Below, one piece after another: positions 38,224 to 51,732 of a stretch of 64,000 nt of DNA. The position numbers and the translations under genes are program-made. How positions within the stretch are numbered: position 1 is the stretch's first letter; each line of letters begins with the position of its first letter. Under the pieces are notes generated by a model. The model made no database searches. It saw only the letters and a list, made by a program, of their open reading frames with translations, and was not told the DNA's origin. This DNA comes from Lama glama (lineage: Eukaryota): the NCBI GenBank assembly GCA_028534125.1, contig CM052817.1:16060001-16124000 (forward strand). Direction: 5' to 3'.

Positions 38224-38232
38224 AATGCACAT

Positions 38233-38400
38233 ATTTTTGTGCCAAGCACAGTTCCAAGCTTTTAATTTTAATCAGGTGTGTTAATTCATTTATTCACCAC
38301 GATAACCCTACGAATAGGTTCTGTCACTACCCCTGTCCTGCAGATGGGAAGACAAAGGCACGGACTGTTTAGTAACACGGCCCATACACTATGGGGCTAA
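38233..38400 (-). mobile_element. MIR SINE (host of the L1 insertion)
   Basis: acttatcgaatgcacat[L1]atttttgtgccaagcacagttccaagc...cagatgggaagacaaaggcac. Confidence 0.7.
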
Positions 38401-40350
38401 AGAATGAACACAAGACTTTGTGGTTCCAGTGACCTCTGGAACACTCTCAACTCTGACACTGTAGCACCTCCATATATGTCTCTGCTAAAAGAACACCCAG
38501 CGAAGTGCCACAGGCATAGGCAAAAACATATCATTGAAGAGTGGTTGGAATAATCAGACTCAGAGTTTGTGGTCTCAGGAAGCGCCTGGTTCATTTGTTT
38601 AAACAATAAGGCAGAGGGTGGGGAAATGCAGGGCCTGGTGCCAGAGTGGTCTTTTGTTGAGGAAACCGTAGAAGAAAAGCATTGCTCAACGGAGGGAACT
38701 GCTGGCTACTTCGTGGTTTTTCTTTCTTCTTTTTAAGCTACATCCATTCAAAACATAAAGGTAAATTTTAAAAGAAGCCTTTTCTTAAGGACAAAGGCCT
38801 GGTAACTGTCCCACTTTTCCATCTGTACTTACACATTTAAAAACAAGCAGCTCTAAGGGCAGACTCTTTCCTTGATTGGTATTAAAATCAATGAAACTCT
38901 GAAAATCAGCCTTCCATTCATGCAAACATTTATGGAGCCCCTGAAACGTGTGCAACACAGTCAGTGATCACGGGAGACCAAGATGTAAGCCAACACCCGC
39001 AGAGAGGGAGGGCAGCTTTTCACACAAGGCAAAGTGTACCACTATTTGAAAAATACAAATAAGGAGTTATGGGAGCACACAACAGAATCAGAGACGGAGT
39101 TGGGGCTTTGAGGATGAGAATAATCTGCAGCTACTTTCATCCAATACTAGAGCATGAAATGTGATGGAGACTTTGCTGAAATATTTGAATAGTTTGCCAT
39201 TTGTTATTATTATTGTTGCTGTATGTAGCTATGAAGTACCTTCCAATGACTGCAGTAGGCATTAGCTAAGTTCATTCATTAACTCTTTATCAAGCATTCC
39301 CAAACTGAACTGTTGAGATGAAAGCACTCCTAAGCTAACGCTAGGTCTTCAATGAATAAATGTCTATTTACACATCACAAGTTAAGTTGGAGTTTCTCAA
39401 ATCCCACCTTGTTTGCCACTCAGCAACACTTCCATGTGCTAACACTTCCGTTCAAGACAGAAGACATTAATTAAATAATTAGCCTTGAGCTCAGACATGT
39501 AAACAAACACAAGTCATGAATTTGCTAATTGTTCTTCCCTGCTGTGGACATGAGCTATTGTTAGCAATAGTAATAATAGCACTGACTCTGATTTCAGAGA
39601 GACACTTTGGATACAGGAAGCAAAACGAAGTCAGCCGTGGAGAAGGTACGGAAGAGGAGCACAGAGTGTTCTCTGAGGACACCAATTGTACAATCGCTCT
39701 GTTTATACAGTCACATGGAACACTGGTAAACCAAAAATAACCTAGTCAATGGACATGAGAATTTGCACCAAACACTGACAATTCAATTATTTTTGCCAGG
39801 CTCCCAGCACTCAGAAATACAATAATTTTGATACTATCTCAAAAAAAAAAAAGGGTCATGCTTTGAAAAACAAAAAGGAAAAAAACAAGCATTAGCCCCT
39901 CTCCTCCCTTCTGCAACAGGAAGATTTGATCTGAATAAAAATGAAACTAGATGGTGCAGATTGGTGTTCCAATGTTCCCCCAGGATTTCTTTATAAATGA
40001 ACTATAAATAGCAATTATCAGCAGACGTGTACACTGGGCATGGAAGACATACATCAGTTGACAACAGGTTTCCAATAGGAAATACGAGGATAACTAGAAA
40101 GCAAGCCAAAATATTTTTTCTGCTGTTTATTAACGTGTCAATCACTGCTTAGTCCATAAAAATTTCATCAAATGCTGTAAACATTTCCCCATGTTCTTCA
40201 CTCACATGAAAACCTAATGATATTATTTCCTGTGCCATGTTAACAGGGGCTGATGGTGACTCTGTTGATGGATGAAGTGGTGTAATCTGATTTTTATGGG
40301 CTCGACTATAGGGTTTCTATGCCTAAAAGTCAGGAAGCCAGATCAAATAC

Positions 40351-40480
40351 GGGGAAGGGTATGGCTCGAGTGGTAGAGCGAATGCTAAGCATGCAAGATG
40401 TCCTGGGTTCAATCTCCAGCACCTCCTCCAAGCAGAAATCAATGAATAAACCTAATTACCTCCCTCTCATAAAAAACAAA
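40351..40480 (+). mobile_element. tRNA-Ala-derived camelid SINE (Vic-1-like)
   Basis: ggggaagggtatggctcgagtggtagagcgaatgctaagcatgcaagatgtcctgggttcaatctccagcacctcc...cctaattacctccc plus an A-rich tail. Confidence 0.85.
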
Positions 40481-40789
40481 CAATATGAGCAAATCAAACT
40501 GAAATCAAACTGGGCCATTGGCCCTCAAGAGGAATATTCTCTGCCAAGCAAAAACAGACTCCTCCAAGTGACCAATGAGTTTAGGGGTGGGGTTGGAGAG
40601 AATAGTCGGGAACACACATACGCGGAAGGGAAGGAAGGGAGAAGTGAGTACAGGACAGAAAAGCCAGATCTTCTCATAAAGAAATAGCCAGGACCATGGG
40701 GACGAAGAAAAGGAACCCACAAACCCAAACTCAGGAGCCACCTTTCCCATTAAGACACTTGAGATTGACAACCACCAGTTATTTTTAAT

Positions 40790-41070
40790 TTTCTTCAAAC
40801 TTCAAGGCCCAGCTTGAATCCTACCTCCTCTAGGAAGCTGTCCAGCGTCACCGCCTGCATGCTGTGCTTCCTTCCCATCATCCTGCAGACTCACAAGCTG
40901 AAATCTCCCACAGTGATGCATGTGTCTGTCCTGGCTCTCTAGCTGGACCAGCAGCTTCCTGAGGGCAGAGGCTGCAGTTCTCACCCTTCAAAGTCCCCAC
41001 AGGACCTGGACATGGCATCCCACACACCACAGATGCAAAAAACACACATCAAGGAAACTAATCAAGCAAA
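40790..41070 (+). mobile_element. L2 3' region
   Basis: cttcaaggcccagcttgaatcctacctcctctaggaagc...agcttcctgagggcagag. Confidence 0.7.
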
Positions 41071-42097
41071 TGATTTTCTTCTAATATTCACAGAATCTGA
41101 ACATTTTCATTGTCTGAAGGCTAGGGCTTTAAAAATTGCAAGAAAACCTGGGGGGAATGCTACAGGAAGCATCTCCTGCAAGTCTAGGTGGTCTGGCGTT
41201 TGAATTAAACTGAAAATACATGGTCAGCCAACCCGATTAAAGAACATCTTCTCTGTTTCTAGTATCACATTTTCTTACTGACATCAAACCAAGTGGCATG
41301 CATGTCCCTCTCCCTTCACAATCAAGCTGTTGCTAAACACAGTCATCAAACCTTGAATGAATGAGTGAATGATGAGGAAGTAGGCACTTGGGAGCTGGGA
41401 ATTCAAAAATGAGTGAAGCTCTAATCTCTGTCCTCACAAAACACACCATCACCCAAGTAACATAAATCAAGACACAAATATGAAAATCAATATTATGAAA
41501 GGCAGGGTAAGATTAAGTCCCAATGCAAAAGAAAGAATGATGTTGACCCAAATAAAAGGGAGATTCTGACAGGTGAGGGCATGAAGGAAAACCCCTTGGA
41601 AGTCTTTGCTAAGTCTTGAGACATGTATCAGATTCCACCCATCATGTGAGGGGCAAAAGTGTGTTCCAGCACAATGTGGTGAAAAAGTCTGCGCTTTGCC
41701 CAGTGAAGATCTGGGTACTAGTCTGATGTCAGCCCCCGACAAGCTGGATGGCCTTGTGTGAATCACCCTCTTCTTTGGATCCCAGATTATTTTCCTTCAG
41801 GTAGGACGGTTCACTGCCAACAACAATGGACTCCTGTATTAAGTGTGATGATGTGAAATTGCCTGGCAAAATATTTTGCAGAAGGCAGAGGCTAAAGATT
41901 TTAGGGTGTACTTGGGAAACAAATCAATCAATGAAGAATTTGCAAAAAGGACATACTACGGACCCAAGAATCACTGTCAAAAATACAAGAGGACATGTAA
42001 ATCAGTATATCTCACTTCCTGTGCCTCCGTGAAGTCTGCAGTCTAGTTGCAAACACACAGACATCAAGGCAAGTGTGACCCAGGGCTCAGGGAAAAC

Positions 42098-42210
42098 TAA
42101 GGTGACCAGTCACCCAGGTCTGACCCAAACAGAGCGAGCTCCCAGGACCTGAGACTTCTCAAGCAAAAACTGGAAACTTTTGGGCAAAGTATCATGAGTG
42201 GGTGAGCCTA
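42098..42210. mobile_element. MER81-like hAT-Blackjack MITE (about 113 bp)
   Basis: Termini taaggtgaccagtcaccc ... tgagtgggtgagccta; internal gcaaaaactggaaac...gggcaaa. Confidence 0.68.
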
Positions 42211-43424
42211 GTGGAGAGGTGCCAGTTACAAGTTCCACAAGTGCTCCAAGAAGGGAGCTAGATGTAAGATCTGTGTAATTGGATGGTTTGTGAAATAAGG
42301 ACTTTTTAGACCCCTACATTCAGTTGTTTCTCTTTCTGTTCTCAGAATTCCGAATATTTTTTGGAAAGAAGATCCACTCACCTTAAAGCTCAAATTTAAA
42401 CAGGACCCTGAGCTTTGAATATGAAGCCTGGCTCTCAGGTTCTGTTGGGTATAGGCAAACGCTGTTTTTCTCATTTTGAAGATGGATAAACTGAGCTCCA
42501 CAGACAGGTTAAACAACCTGTTCAAATCAACGACACAGCTGGAAATAAAACCCAGTTTCTTTCCCTCCTGGTTCAGTATGTATTTTGGGATATATAACAT
42601 AGGCTTCAAACAGTGTTTAAGTTCTATTTAACCTTAGTGGGGAATATTCCAATTAACATATCTGCCCCCAGGGTGTTTCTCCCAGTTGAAATTTTCTTCC
42701 TTTTTCGTAAAGTGGAGACACTCTCCCACACCCCTTGTCTATTTTTTTTTCTTACAAAAGCTGGCAAGTGTTAGTGGCTTTTTGGCTTTCTGTGCAATTC
42801 AACTCAAGAGAAGCTTGAAATGTATTCCATTTTTTGTAACAGTTAGGAAAGGACTGTTCAGGGGTGGGGAAGATCAATCACTTGTGAAAAATGCTAGGTG
42901 TCCCATTATGGTGTGATAAGTTCGGCGGCATAGCATATGCATTTTTTTGGCTCTCTGAATAAATGGCAGAAGTCAGTTCCCCATAAATTCAAAATGTATA
43001 TTAGAACATGAAATCATATTTTAAGTGGATTTCACATATTGCTTCTCTTCATCATTCTAAATACCAAAGATTAAGCTTGCCACTTGCTCTTGCAGTCTTT
43101 TCTCTGCCTTTTTTTTTCTTTTTTAACTTTCGTTTAATCAGATATGAATAGTGGTTGGTGGCCTTTATTGCTCAGAACTACCTGAAAAGGAAAGGGAGAA
43201 AATAAAGTCTGCTTGCTCTCTCCGTCCCAAACAACATTTATATTCATTATGACTGTTTCTGGCCTCTTTCAAAATGGCACTGTCACCCAAACGGTGGAGC
43301 CGACCAAAATATCTTTTCACTAAGCCAATCCTGCAGTACCCATCCAGCTGCTCCTTCGATACAGAACATTCTTTTTTTTTTTTTTTTAAATTCATGTATT
43401 GTAAACTCTTTGAGGATCCTGCCT

Positions 43425-43570
43425 AGAGGCAGTGTACTACGGTGGTTAAGAATCCAGATGCTGGAGCCAAGATCTTTAAGTTTAAACCCCAGCTCTGTCC
43501 CTTCTTAGCTGTGTTACCTTGGCCAAGACACTTAACCCTTCTGTGTCTCAGTTTCTGTAAAATGAAAGGT
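43425..43570 (+). mobile_element. MIR SINE (5' half)
   Basis: gtggttaagaatccagatgctggagcca...aaaccccagctctg...cttagctgtgttaccttgg...ctcagtttctgtaaaatg. Confidence 0.85.
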
Positions 43571-43689
43571 AGCTGCTTCTTTGATCTTCATCAGTATTGT
43601 TCCCAGGAAAAGTCTCTCTCCACCAGACCCCAATCTGAAGTGGGTCCATTTCTCTGCAATTGTGATCCAGCCCTCAATGTCTTTAATCC

Positions 43690-44835
43690 TGTGTTAATTT
43701 TTCTCCTCTTAACTGATCTGCAAAGCACACTATCTTCTCATAGCAACACCCACCATGGGCTCCTTCTTCTCTTCCTGTAAACATCTTCTCAACACTATCT
43801 CCTTTCTCTCCTAGAAAATCTCACCTGAGCTTTAAATAAAACCCTAAGTGTATACCTTCAGCAGTGACTTCTCCCTCTCAACTCCTGTCTCACATACCTG
43901 CCTTCTATCCCCCCCCTGCATTTGAATGACTAATAGACAGCCGAGTGGCAACCTGACCTCAGATGGCTCCCAGCATGTGCTCCTCCAGGCTCTTTCCTAC
44001 ATCAGTAAGTGGCACGACCATCCATTCTGTGGCTCAGTTCCAAAGCCTAAGAGTCAGTTTTGATTTTCCTCTTTCCTCCCCGTCCCAAATCCACAACCTC
44101 CTAAATCTGCCCTGATCTGACCACATGTCTCCATTTTCATCCCTGCCATTTGAGATTTAGCCTGGATCTCTGTGGTGTCTTCCTGCTTCAATTCCTGACC
44201 GTCCTCCACCCCACAGTTCTCTCTCTACTCTGCAGCCACGGAATTCCAAAAAAAAAAAAAAATTAAAAGCAGATCAGATCTTATCTCTCCCTAGTTTAAT
44301 GACCGGCCCTTCTCCACTGGTTTCTTCCTACACTTAGAATAAATTTCTATCTCTTCACCATGACCTTGTCAATGGCCACCATGATCTCGCCCCTGCCTAC
44401 CTCCCCACTTTCCTTCCCCTGCTCCCCCAACATTTACACTCTCCACTTTTTTCTGTTTTGTAAATAGTCCAAGCCCATTTCTATTTGAGGAAGTCCTTGC
44501 CTTAGCTGCCTCTGACCAGAATATTCTCCCCCACCCCCATCATTCAGGTCTCCATGCAATAGTAACATCTCCAAAGACATCTCCCTGCTCTTCTACCTAC
44601 CGGAGGCTCAGCATCAGTCACTTTCTATGTCGTTATCCAGCTTTATTTGTGTAATGAACTTCGCCACATCTGAAATAGCATCTCTCTGTTACTTGTATAT
44701 TACCTGTCTCCCACCAGTTACATAAGAGCAGGCACCTTGTCTAGTTCACAAACCTATTTCCAATATTTTAAAAAGACCATACACATGTTATGCTCTCCAT
44801 AATATGTGTTGGACCAATGAATTAATGAATGAATA
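43690..44835 (+). mobile_element. L2 LINE 3' portion (about 1.1 kb)
   Basis: catcagtaagtggcacgaccatccattctgtggctcag...cagatcttatctctccctagttt...cacttagaataaa...ending aatgaattaatgaatgaat. Confidence 0.82.
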
Positions 44836-45244
44836 GCAAACTTTTTAAATCCCTTAATTCCTTGAATTCATCCATGTTACATTGTAAGATGTTTTGCAGA
44901 CGTAGAGAATTATACCGTAATTAGACTGAAAGGAAAGCATTTAAGTTGTAAGTTAACAAGCAGATGGATGAGTGTTCTGAGGACTCTGACCACTTGTTTA
45001 TTGTCTGCAAAGTGGAATAAACAAGGAGAATCTGGCTGAATTTGTGGTCGGACAGTTTGACTTGATGGAAGAAAAAATCTTTTTGATTTTGAAGGTCATA
45101 AATAATTGAGAGAGGCTGTAAAGAAAGGTGCTGGTACTCAATTCTTAAAGCACTTGACAAACAGTAGTCCATGATCTGCCTTAATTGCTTCAGTAATTTG
45201 TTAACATATTGTCATTATTAGTGGATTACGCAACCTATAACATA

Positions 45245-45407
45245 CACATATCTCATCCATTCCAAGATGCACATTTTCCCCATCTCTGATACCAGAGTGT
45301 ATCCTAAACTGATAGTGCCTGATAGTTAAATTGATAGCATCTTTTCTTAGTAGTATATAATGACGATGGTACTTAATATACAGTATCTTAGACTCAATAA
45401 AGTACAG
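45245..45407. mobile_element. MER104-like TcMar MITE
   Basis: catatctcatccattccaagatgcacatttt...catctctga...tcttagactcaataaagtacag (degenerate inverted termini). Confidence 0.65.
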
Positions 45408-45444
45408 CAATTTATTATAAGATACAGTCATTGGATGCTGGCTT

Positions 45445-45650
45445 TGGGCTGGCTTTCATGTTATCTTATTAATCTTCACAAGAAGCCTATGAATGGGTAA
45501 CATCAGACCTTTGTTACAACTAACAAACTGAGGAACATTGAGATTAAGTAACTTTTCCGAAGTCATACAGCTTCTAAGTGCTACAGCCCAGAATTTAATC
45601 CAGATCTGCACAAACTTCAAGGCAATTCTCATCACCATTCTATTATAGTA
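45445..45650 (-). mobile_element. MIR SINE
   Basis: aatcttcacaagaagcctatga...aaactgagg...agattaagtaacttttccgaagtcatacagct. Confidence 0.8.
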
Positions 45651-46444
45651 ATTACTCATTGTCAAATTAGGTTCTGCACATAAAATACAAAGTCACAAAT
45701 GAGTCACATAGCGGGCATTTAATCCACGGTGCTTCCCTTCCTCTCTTTTTACATTTGCCCAAATGTGAGTGTGTAAACTGTGCTCCGGTTTCATGGTTTA
45801 CGGAAAACCTCTCGGAGGGCAAGCTTTGGCAGTCAGAGTTCGAGGTCTGGGGCTTGAAAAGATCTGAGCCTGTATCAAAGGCAGTGAGTTAGCTTGGAAG
45901 TCAGGGGGACCGTATGATGCCTGGGCTATCGAAGGAGCACTGCCTGATGAACGGGGGTGAGCAGAACAGCCAAATTAACGCCCAGTCTCAGTCTTGACTC
46001 AGAGGGATGCTGACAAGACTAGAGTTTGGCAGCAGCTGGGTCAGATGCACTAGAACAAGCACTGGAGGTGGACACAGTGGGAAATGCATCAGTTTTCAAG
46101 TCTGACAGCCTCAGGCTCAAGTCCCAGCCTTAATCTTCTCATCTAAATGAGAGGGGGTGCTACGTCTGCCATAGGGGTGCAGGAAGTACTTATTTAGATC
46201 ACAGATATTTACTGAGCACTTTCTATGTGCATGTGAGGTACATCATGGAACAAAACAGGCAAATATCCAGGCCTTCATCTGGCTTACATTTTAGCAACTA
46301 GTGCTGGTGGATGCAGAGCATCTAGCATGTTACTTGGTGATTCATAAACTATAGTTATTGTTAAAACTATTATGTAGAAATATTCACATCCAATACGATC
46401 ATTGGAACTGGTGTCCACTCGGAATTCACCGAGTAATTCTCAGT

Positions 46445-46810
46445 AAAGCACCATGCTGATCCCACCTCAGGTCCTCGTAACTAGGGCTCCTCTGTCAAGA
46501 ACTTCCTTCCTCAGGATCACCACCTGTCTGCCTCCTCATCGTGCCCTATCCAGTCCGATGTCACCTCTCAAAGAGGAGGTGCTCTCCAGCCAGCCTCTTG
46601 CTCCCTGCCTCACCCCATGTCTCTATCACCTCACCTTAGTTATTGGCTTCACAGCCCTCACCACAATCTGAAATTCTCATTTTTAAATGTGTTTGCTTGT
46701 TCACTTATTGAATGTCCTATCTTATACTAGAATGTAAGTTCCCCAACATGGTGACACTGCTCTTTGTATCTAGAACAGTCCCTGCGACTTAATATTTGCA
46801 CAAATGAGCA
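46445..46810 (+). mobile_element. L2 3' region
   Basis: ctagaatgtaagttcc...tatctagaacagtccctg...aatatttgcacaaatgag. Confidence 0.7.
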
Positions 46811-48789
46811 TCGACGATACACCTTACATTGCCAGAAAATAGCTGCAATGTATAAACACGTTGAGTCAAGGATAAAGTTGGGGACCTCCTGGGCAGATGC
46901 TCAAACTTTGCTACCAGTAGCCAGAGCAATGCAGAGTTGGCAGAAGGCTACAGAGGCTGGCTTCCAGACCCTGGAAAGACAAATCACTTCATTGCATTCT
47001 GAGACCTGCAAACTTAGAATCAAAGTTTTCAGATCAGTGAACACTGAAGACAACAAAATCAATGGGAGAGCAGGAATAGGACTGAGGTAGGAGACAATGA
47101 ATTCAGGTCTCTTTGATCATGGAACTTCCCTGAGAAAGCAACTGGGAGGAACAAATTCACATGGCTTATATTTAGCCTCAGTAAAATTTCTGACAATATT
47201 TCGACTCCAGGGCCATTAAAACACTGAGACATCCTAGGATTGTGGGAACTGGCCTGACAAGGAAAGAGTATCAATGAATCAACAAGAAATTTATTGAGCA
47301 TATACTATATATCTAACCTGTGTCAAGCGATTGGCTTAAAAATAAGAGCGAAAGCAGCAAGAGAGAGTCCCAGAGGCTACGCTTATTTTGGCTTTCTTTA
47401 GTATTTTTATAAACGATCTAATACAGAAGCATGCACCCGATTCTCCACTCTCTGCTGAACAAAACAAACTCTTCATGTTAATAAAATATTGAGTTGATTG
47501 AATAAAGAGCAGAAAGAGGTCACCACAACGCTACCCGAACCACAGAAGGATAGCAACGGAGGAACTCCGTGAGCATAGAAAACTGTCTAAGCTAAGATAC
47601 GCCTTTCACTGGATTTCAAGACACAGGCGGGGTGGAGGCATTGGAAAGGAGGGGGAGGAGCCAAAACTGTGCTCAGAACCAGCCTTGTTTGTTTATTCCT
47701 GAGACCTGAGCAGACGACGGGTTTACTGAGCAACAGTCAAGACCTCTGATTCTCATGACAATAGGGAAGAAAAGGGGTGGAGAGAAGAAGGTGGGAAACT
47801 TTCAGCCTGAACAAAACGGCCAACACAGACCTTTGTCCGATGAGAACATTTGGAAAATCTAAGCTCTCTTGCTTCCCTCCGTCTAGCAGTGCAAGACTTG
47901 AGCACGTAAGGATTTTCCTCTGTTGCACGATCTAAAATAAACACCTGACAAGCGTGCTGCCACTGGGCTTTCATATTATACCACTTTGTCATGGGAGCTC
48001 AGCGGTGACACTGTTTGCGGTCCAATTTCTTAACTTCAAGAGGCTCCCCAGACGGAAACCTGAAACTTAAACAACAGCACGAGAGGAGAAAGAGCAAAAC
48101 CATTTCATCAAGAATGGGCTTTTGAGAATCTCTGGCTTTGTCGAATGTTCTTCCTCCTAATGTCAAAAACCAGGTGTTCTCTGGGAGGAGTAACTGCGGA
48201 AGATGGGGTATGAGACAGCGGAGATGTGTTAACCAGTGCACCTCGCTGTCCCGTCTCTCACACGTCTGAGCTTTCACGCGCACTTCCTAATCCTAGCCTG
48301 CTCCCACCTAGACTGTCCACCTCAACACAAGACCCAACTCAGGTTCCCTGCCAAAGGAGCCCAGGCTTTGAAGCAGAGCACATTTGGAATCTGATACCAG
48401 GTCCATCCCATAGGAGATGCGTGCCTATGGGAAGCCACTTAACTCCCCCGAGCCATTCTCTTCACCTGGAAAGCGGAACTGACAAAATCTTTTTCATTCA
48501 TGGGTTACAGACACCATAAGAGGACTAGGCAGGAGAACAGAGGCTGAACAGCTAGCAGGTCATAAGTCAGCACTGCAAGGGGGTTTTGGTTTAGCTGGGA
48601 GTAAAATACGAAGGAGCAGAGAAGGGAAAGAGGCAGTTTGCAGAGGTTCTGATGGTAAATTTGGAGGTCAGGGAAGGGATGGGCAGGGAACTCTCGTGTC
48701 ACTGAGTACCAGCCACTGCACAGGACACTGGGAGACGCAGAGGTGAGCAAAAATGAGATGACCCCTTCGCTCGTGAGCTTCCACTTTAA

Positions 48790-48990
48790 TGCAGAGAAGT
48801 GGCCTTTGGAGCCAGGCCCACCTGGGAATGAATCCCAGCTCAGCCATCTTGTAACAATCGGTCTTGAGCAAGTGATTCAAACTCACCAAAGCTATTTCCT
48901 TAGCTGTAAGATGAGGTTAATACTACCTACCCCACAGCATTCTTAGATTAAACAAGATACCTACGTAAAGAGTCAGTCCTATAGGAGAAG
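48790..48990 (+). mobile_element. MIR SINE
   Basis: ctttggagccagg...tgaatcccagctcagcc...cttgagcaagtgatt...ctgtaagatgaggttaatactacctacc. Confidence 0.8.
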
Positions 48991-51732
48991 GCATTCATGG
49001 AAGAGACTTTGCTTGTATCCTCCTTACTGGAGTTTTCAACCACGCCAGGAATGTCCATGTGTTTTGTTTCCATCTACAAGTAATAGATTTGTGGAAAACA
49101 AACACCAAATTCATTTGTTTCCATCTCCCTTTCTAAGAATAAATATTAGTATATAAACTATCACTGTATGTGTATTGGTTTCGATGAGCATCACGGCCTT
49201 CCTACCATAGTCTTTATTTCTTCCTGAAAAATAAAGGATCTAATGATTTGAATGCTTCCCCCGCCCTCATGATCAACAGCAATGCCGATATGTGTATGTT
49301 TCCACTAAATTATGTGCCATCCTAGATAAAAGATTTGTTCTGAAAAACAGCCACTTCCAAAAATAAGAGAGTTTATCAATTCCAATCATTCTTATCCAAA
49401 ATTAGTTGTCAAGTTTCAATGGCTGAAATGAATTTAACAACATAAATTTGGTACCGCTGCTGAATGACTAATGAACCCTCACAGAGCAGTCCTGAATACG
49501 TAGCCCTGTTGGGGTTCACCAGCGACATTTAAAATTACCAGCACTTTTGTGTTATCACAGAGCCTATTAGCAGCAGTTGACTGACATTAGATGTGGTCGA
49601 GTTAAGCATCAATTAAAAAAATGTGCTGACCTCTCCCAAAATTAAGGAGCGGTTGTCCCACACTCACCAAAGGGAAATCGGAATAATTACTGTGGGGTTA
49701 TGGAACCAAGTTATTTGACTAATAGACAGCAAATTTTTTTCACTGCCACAAAAAGCCAGCAAACACAATATGATGCTCTAGCAATATTGATATTCATAAA
49801 ATCTCATTAGGCCCAGTGGAAGTCAAACATTAGCCAATCACGCTCCTGACTCCTACTTACAGATCAAAGTTAAAGACACACGTTAGCCAGTTAGAAGCCA
49901 AATTGAATTTGAGATCCGCACTGCTCTCATTAAGTAGCTCTCCGTTAGGCTGTGTTTAAGATGAACAGCCCATAGGGAGCTTTTCCCAAACCAATGAGAA
50001 GGTCTCCTTCCCACATCAGACTAGAAGCACCATAACTGTTCATTTAAATAAACACATTTTCAAGCAGGTGGATCTCCACTGCCCTGCCCTCTCTTTCCTC
50101 AGTCATTTCACCTTAAGCTGGTTTATTTACAGCAAAGTGAAAGTCTTGTTTGAACCAAATAATTCCCATTTTCCAAATGAGCGTCTCTATATTGCGTCCT
50201 TAGCACAATAGACAACTACCTTCCTCGCATGTTTCCTTCTTTCCTCTCTGTAACGTCAGCGCTTGATGAAAATAAAAGGCAAACAATCTGATTTAAACAG
50301 GCGTTGGGAGTGAGCCGAGCTCCCTGCAGAGGAGAACGAAGTTGAGTCAGGCAGGAGTGGAGTCGAGCTGGCACCCGGTGCAGAAGCAAAAGCTCAGAAT
50401 CCTTGGTTGTGAGGAGGGAGCCGGGGCTTCTTTTTCTAGATGAGACCATGTTTTAAAATTCCAACAAGCAACACAAACACAGCCATGCCGGCGAAATGCA
50501 TCTCCCCTCATGCTGAGATGGTTCACTGCCTCTTCTACATCATTTATAGCCCACAGCTGGGGGTTATTCCACAGGGTCGCCAGGCCAGGGAGCAATACCC
50601 AGAGACTGACAGCTTTGAGCTGAGCCTCCCGTCCTCAGTCTCTGACTGTATCTCCACGGTGCCATTGTGTGTGTGTGTTTGTGTGTGTGTGTATACATAT
50701 GTCTCCCATCTAGATGGTTTACACAAGGGACATCAAACAGAAAGAGGCTGATGTGATTTTGTTGGACCCTTTCAAGTGAGTTGCCTTGGAGAATCTGTTT
50801 TAAAATTACCAAGTGCCCCACCACATTGCCTATAAGGCATAGACTTCAGAGCTTGCAATATATGGTGAAACCACGACCTAGTCTATACCTTGTTCCTAGT
50901 GCACAAGATCAGAAGATAAAGAAACCTTCTGGCTATACACAGTGGCAAACCCAGAATTCCTATGGTAGGGAAATGGTGAGCAAGCAGGTTGGGATGGAGG
51001 CTGAGAGGACCTGTCTCAGTATGACGTTCTGCACAGCAAATGTACTGTTTTGACATAGCACATTCACTTGGTATGGGAGGGGAGCCTGGTGAGAGGGAAG
51101 TTTCCAAGTCCCCCCAAGCTACTCTAACACAAATACTAGGAGTAACACAAAGCTCTCCTGGTTAATATCTGACTTGACTCTTTTTTAAATTTTAAGCTTT
51201 TAAGGAAAGGAAAATAATTAAAGCAAAATATTAGAAATTTCTTTTCATAACAGAAATTTCTGAAGGCTATATTAACAAATAAATTCTAAGATTAAAAATT
51301 ATAATTTCTTTTTCATTTAAAAAATAACTGAATGCTGATGTTTACAATCCCATACTTGAAAATGCATGCAATTTGGTCAAACTAAAATTACGACAGCAAT
51401 AGGCACAGTGTATGCCAAAGTACTAGGATGAAGAAAATGAAACAAATCTTTGTACAGAAACTTTGAATTCACAAAGCATTTTCCAACAATAAGAACTTTC
51501 GATCTTCAATGAAGCCCTGTAAATGAGGTGGGCAAGATATCACCTTCCCCACGTTGTGTGTCTCAGAGGAAACGGGCTCACAAGTGAAGTGGCTTGCTTG
51601 CATTCACACAGACAGTTACATAGATGGGTGCATGCTAGTAGCAGCTTCAAGTTCAGAACCGCTTCTACCATATTACAACTTTGTCTCCTCAAAAAAAAAA
51701 AAAAAGGTTTGTGTTAAAGATAACCCCTCTGA

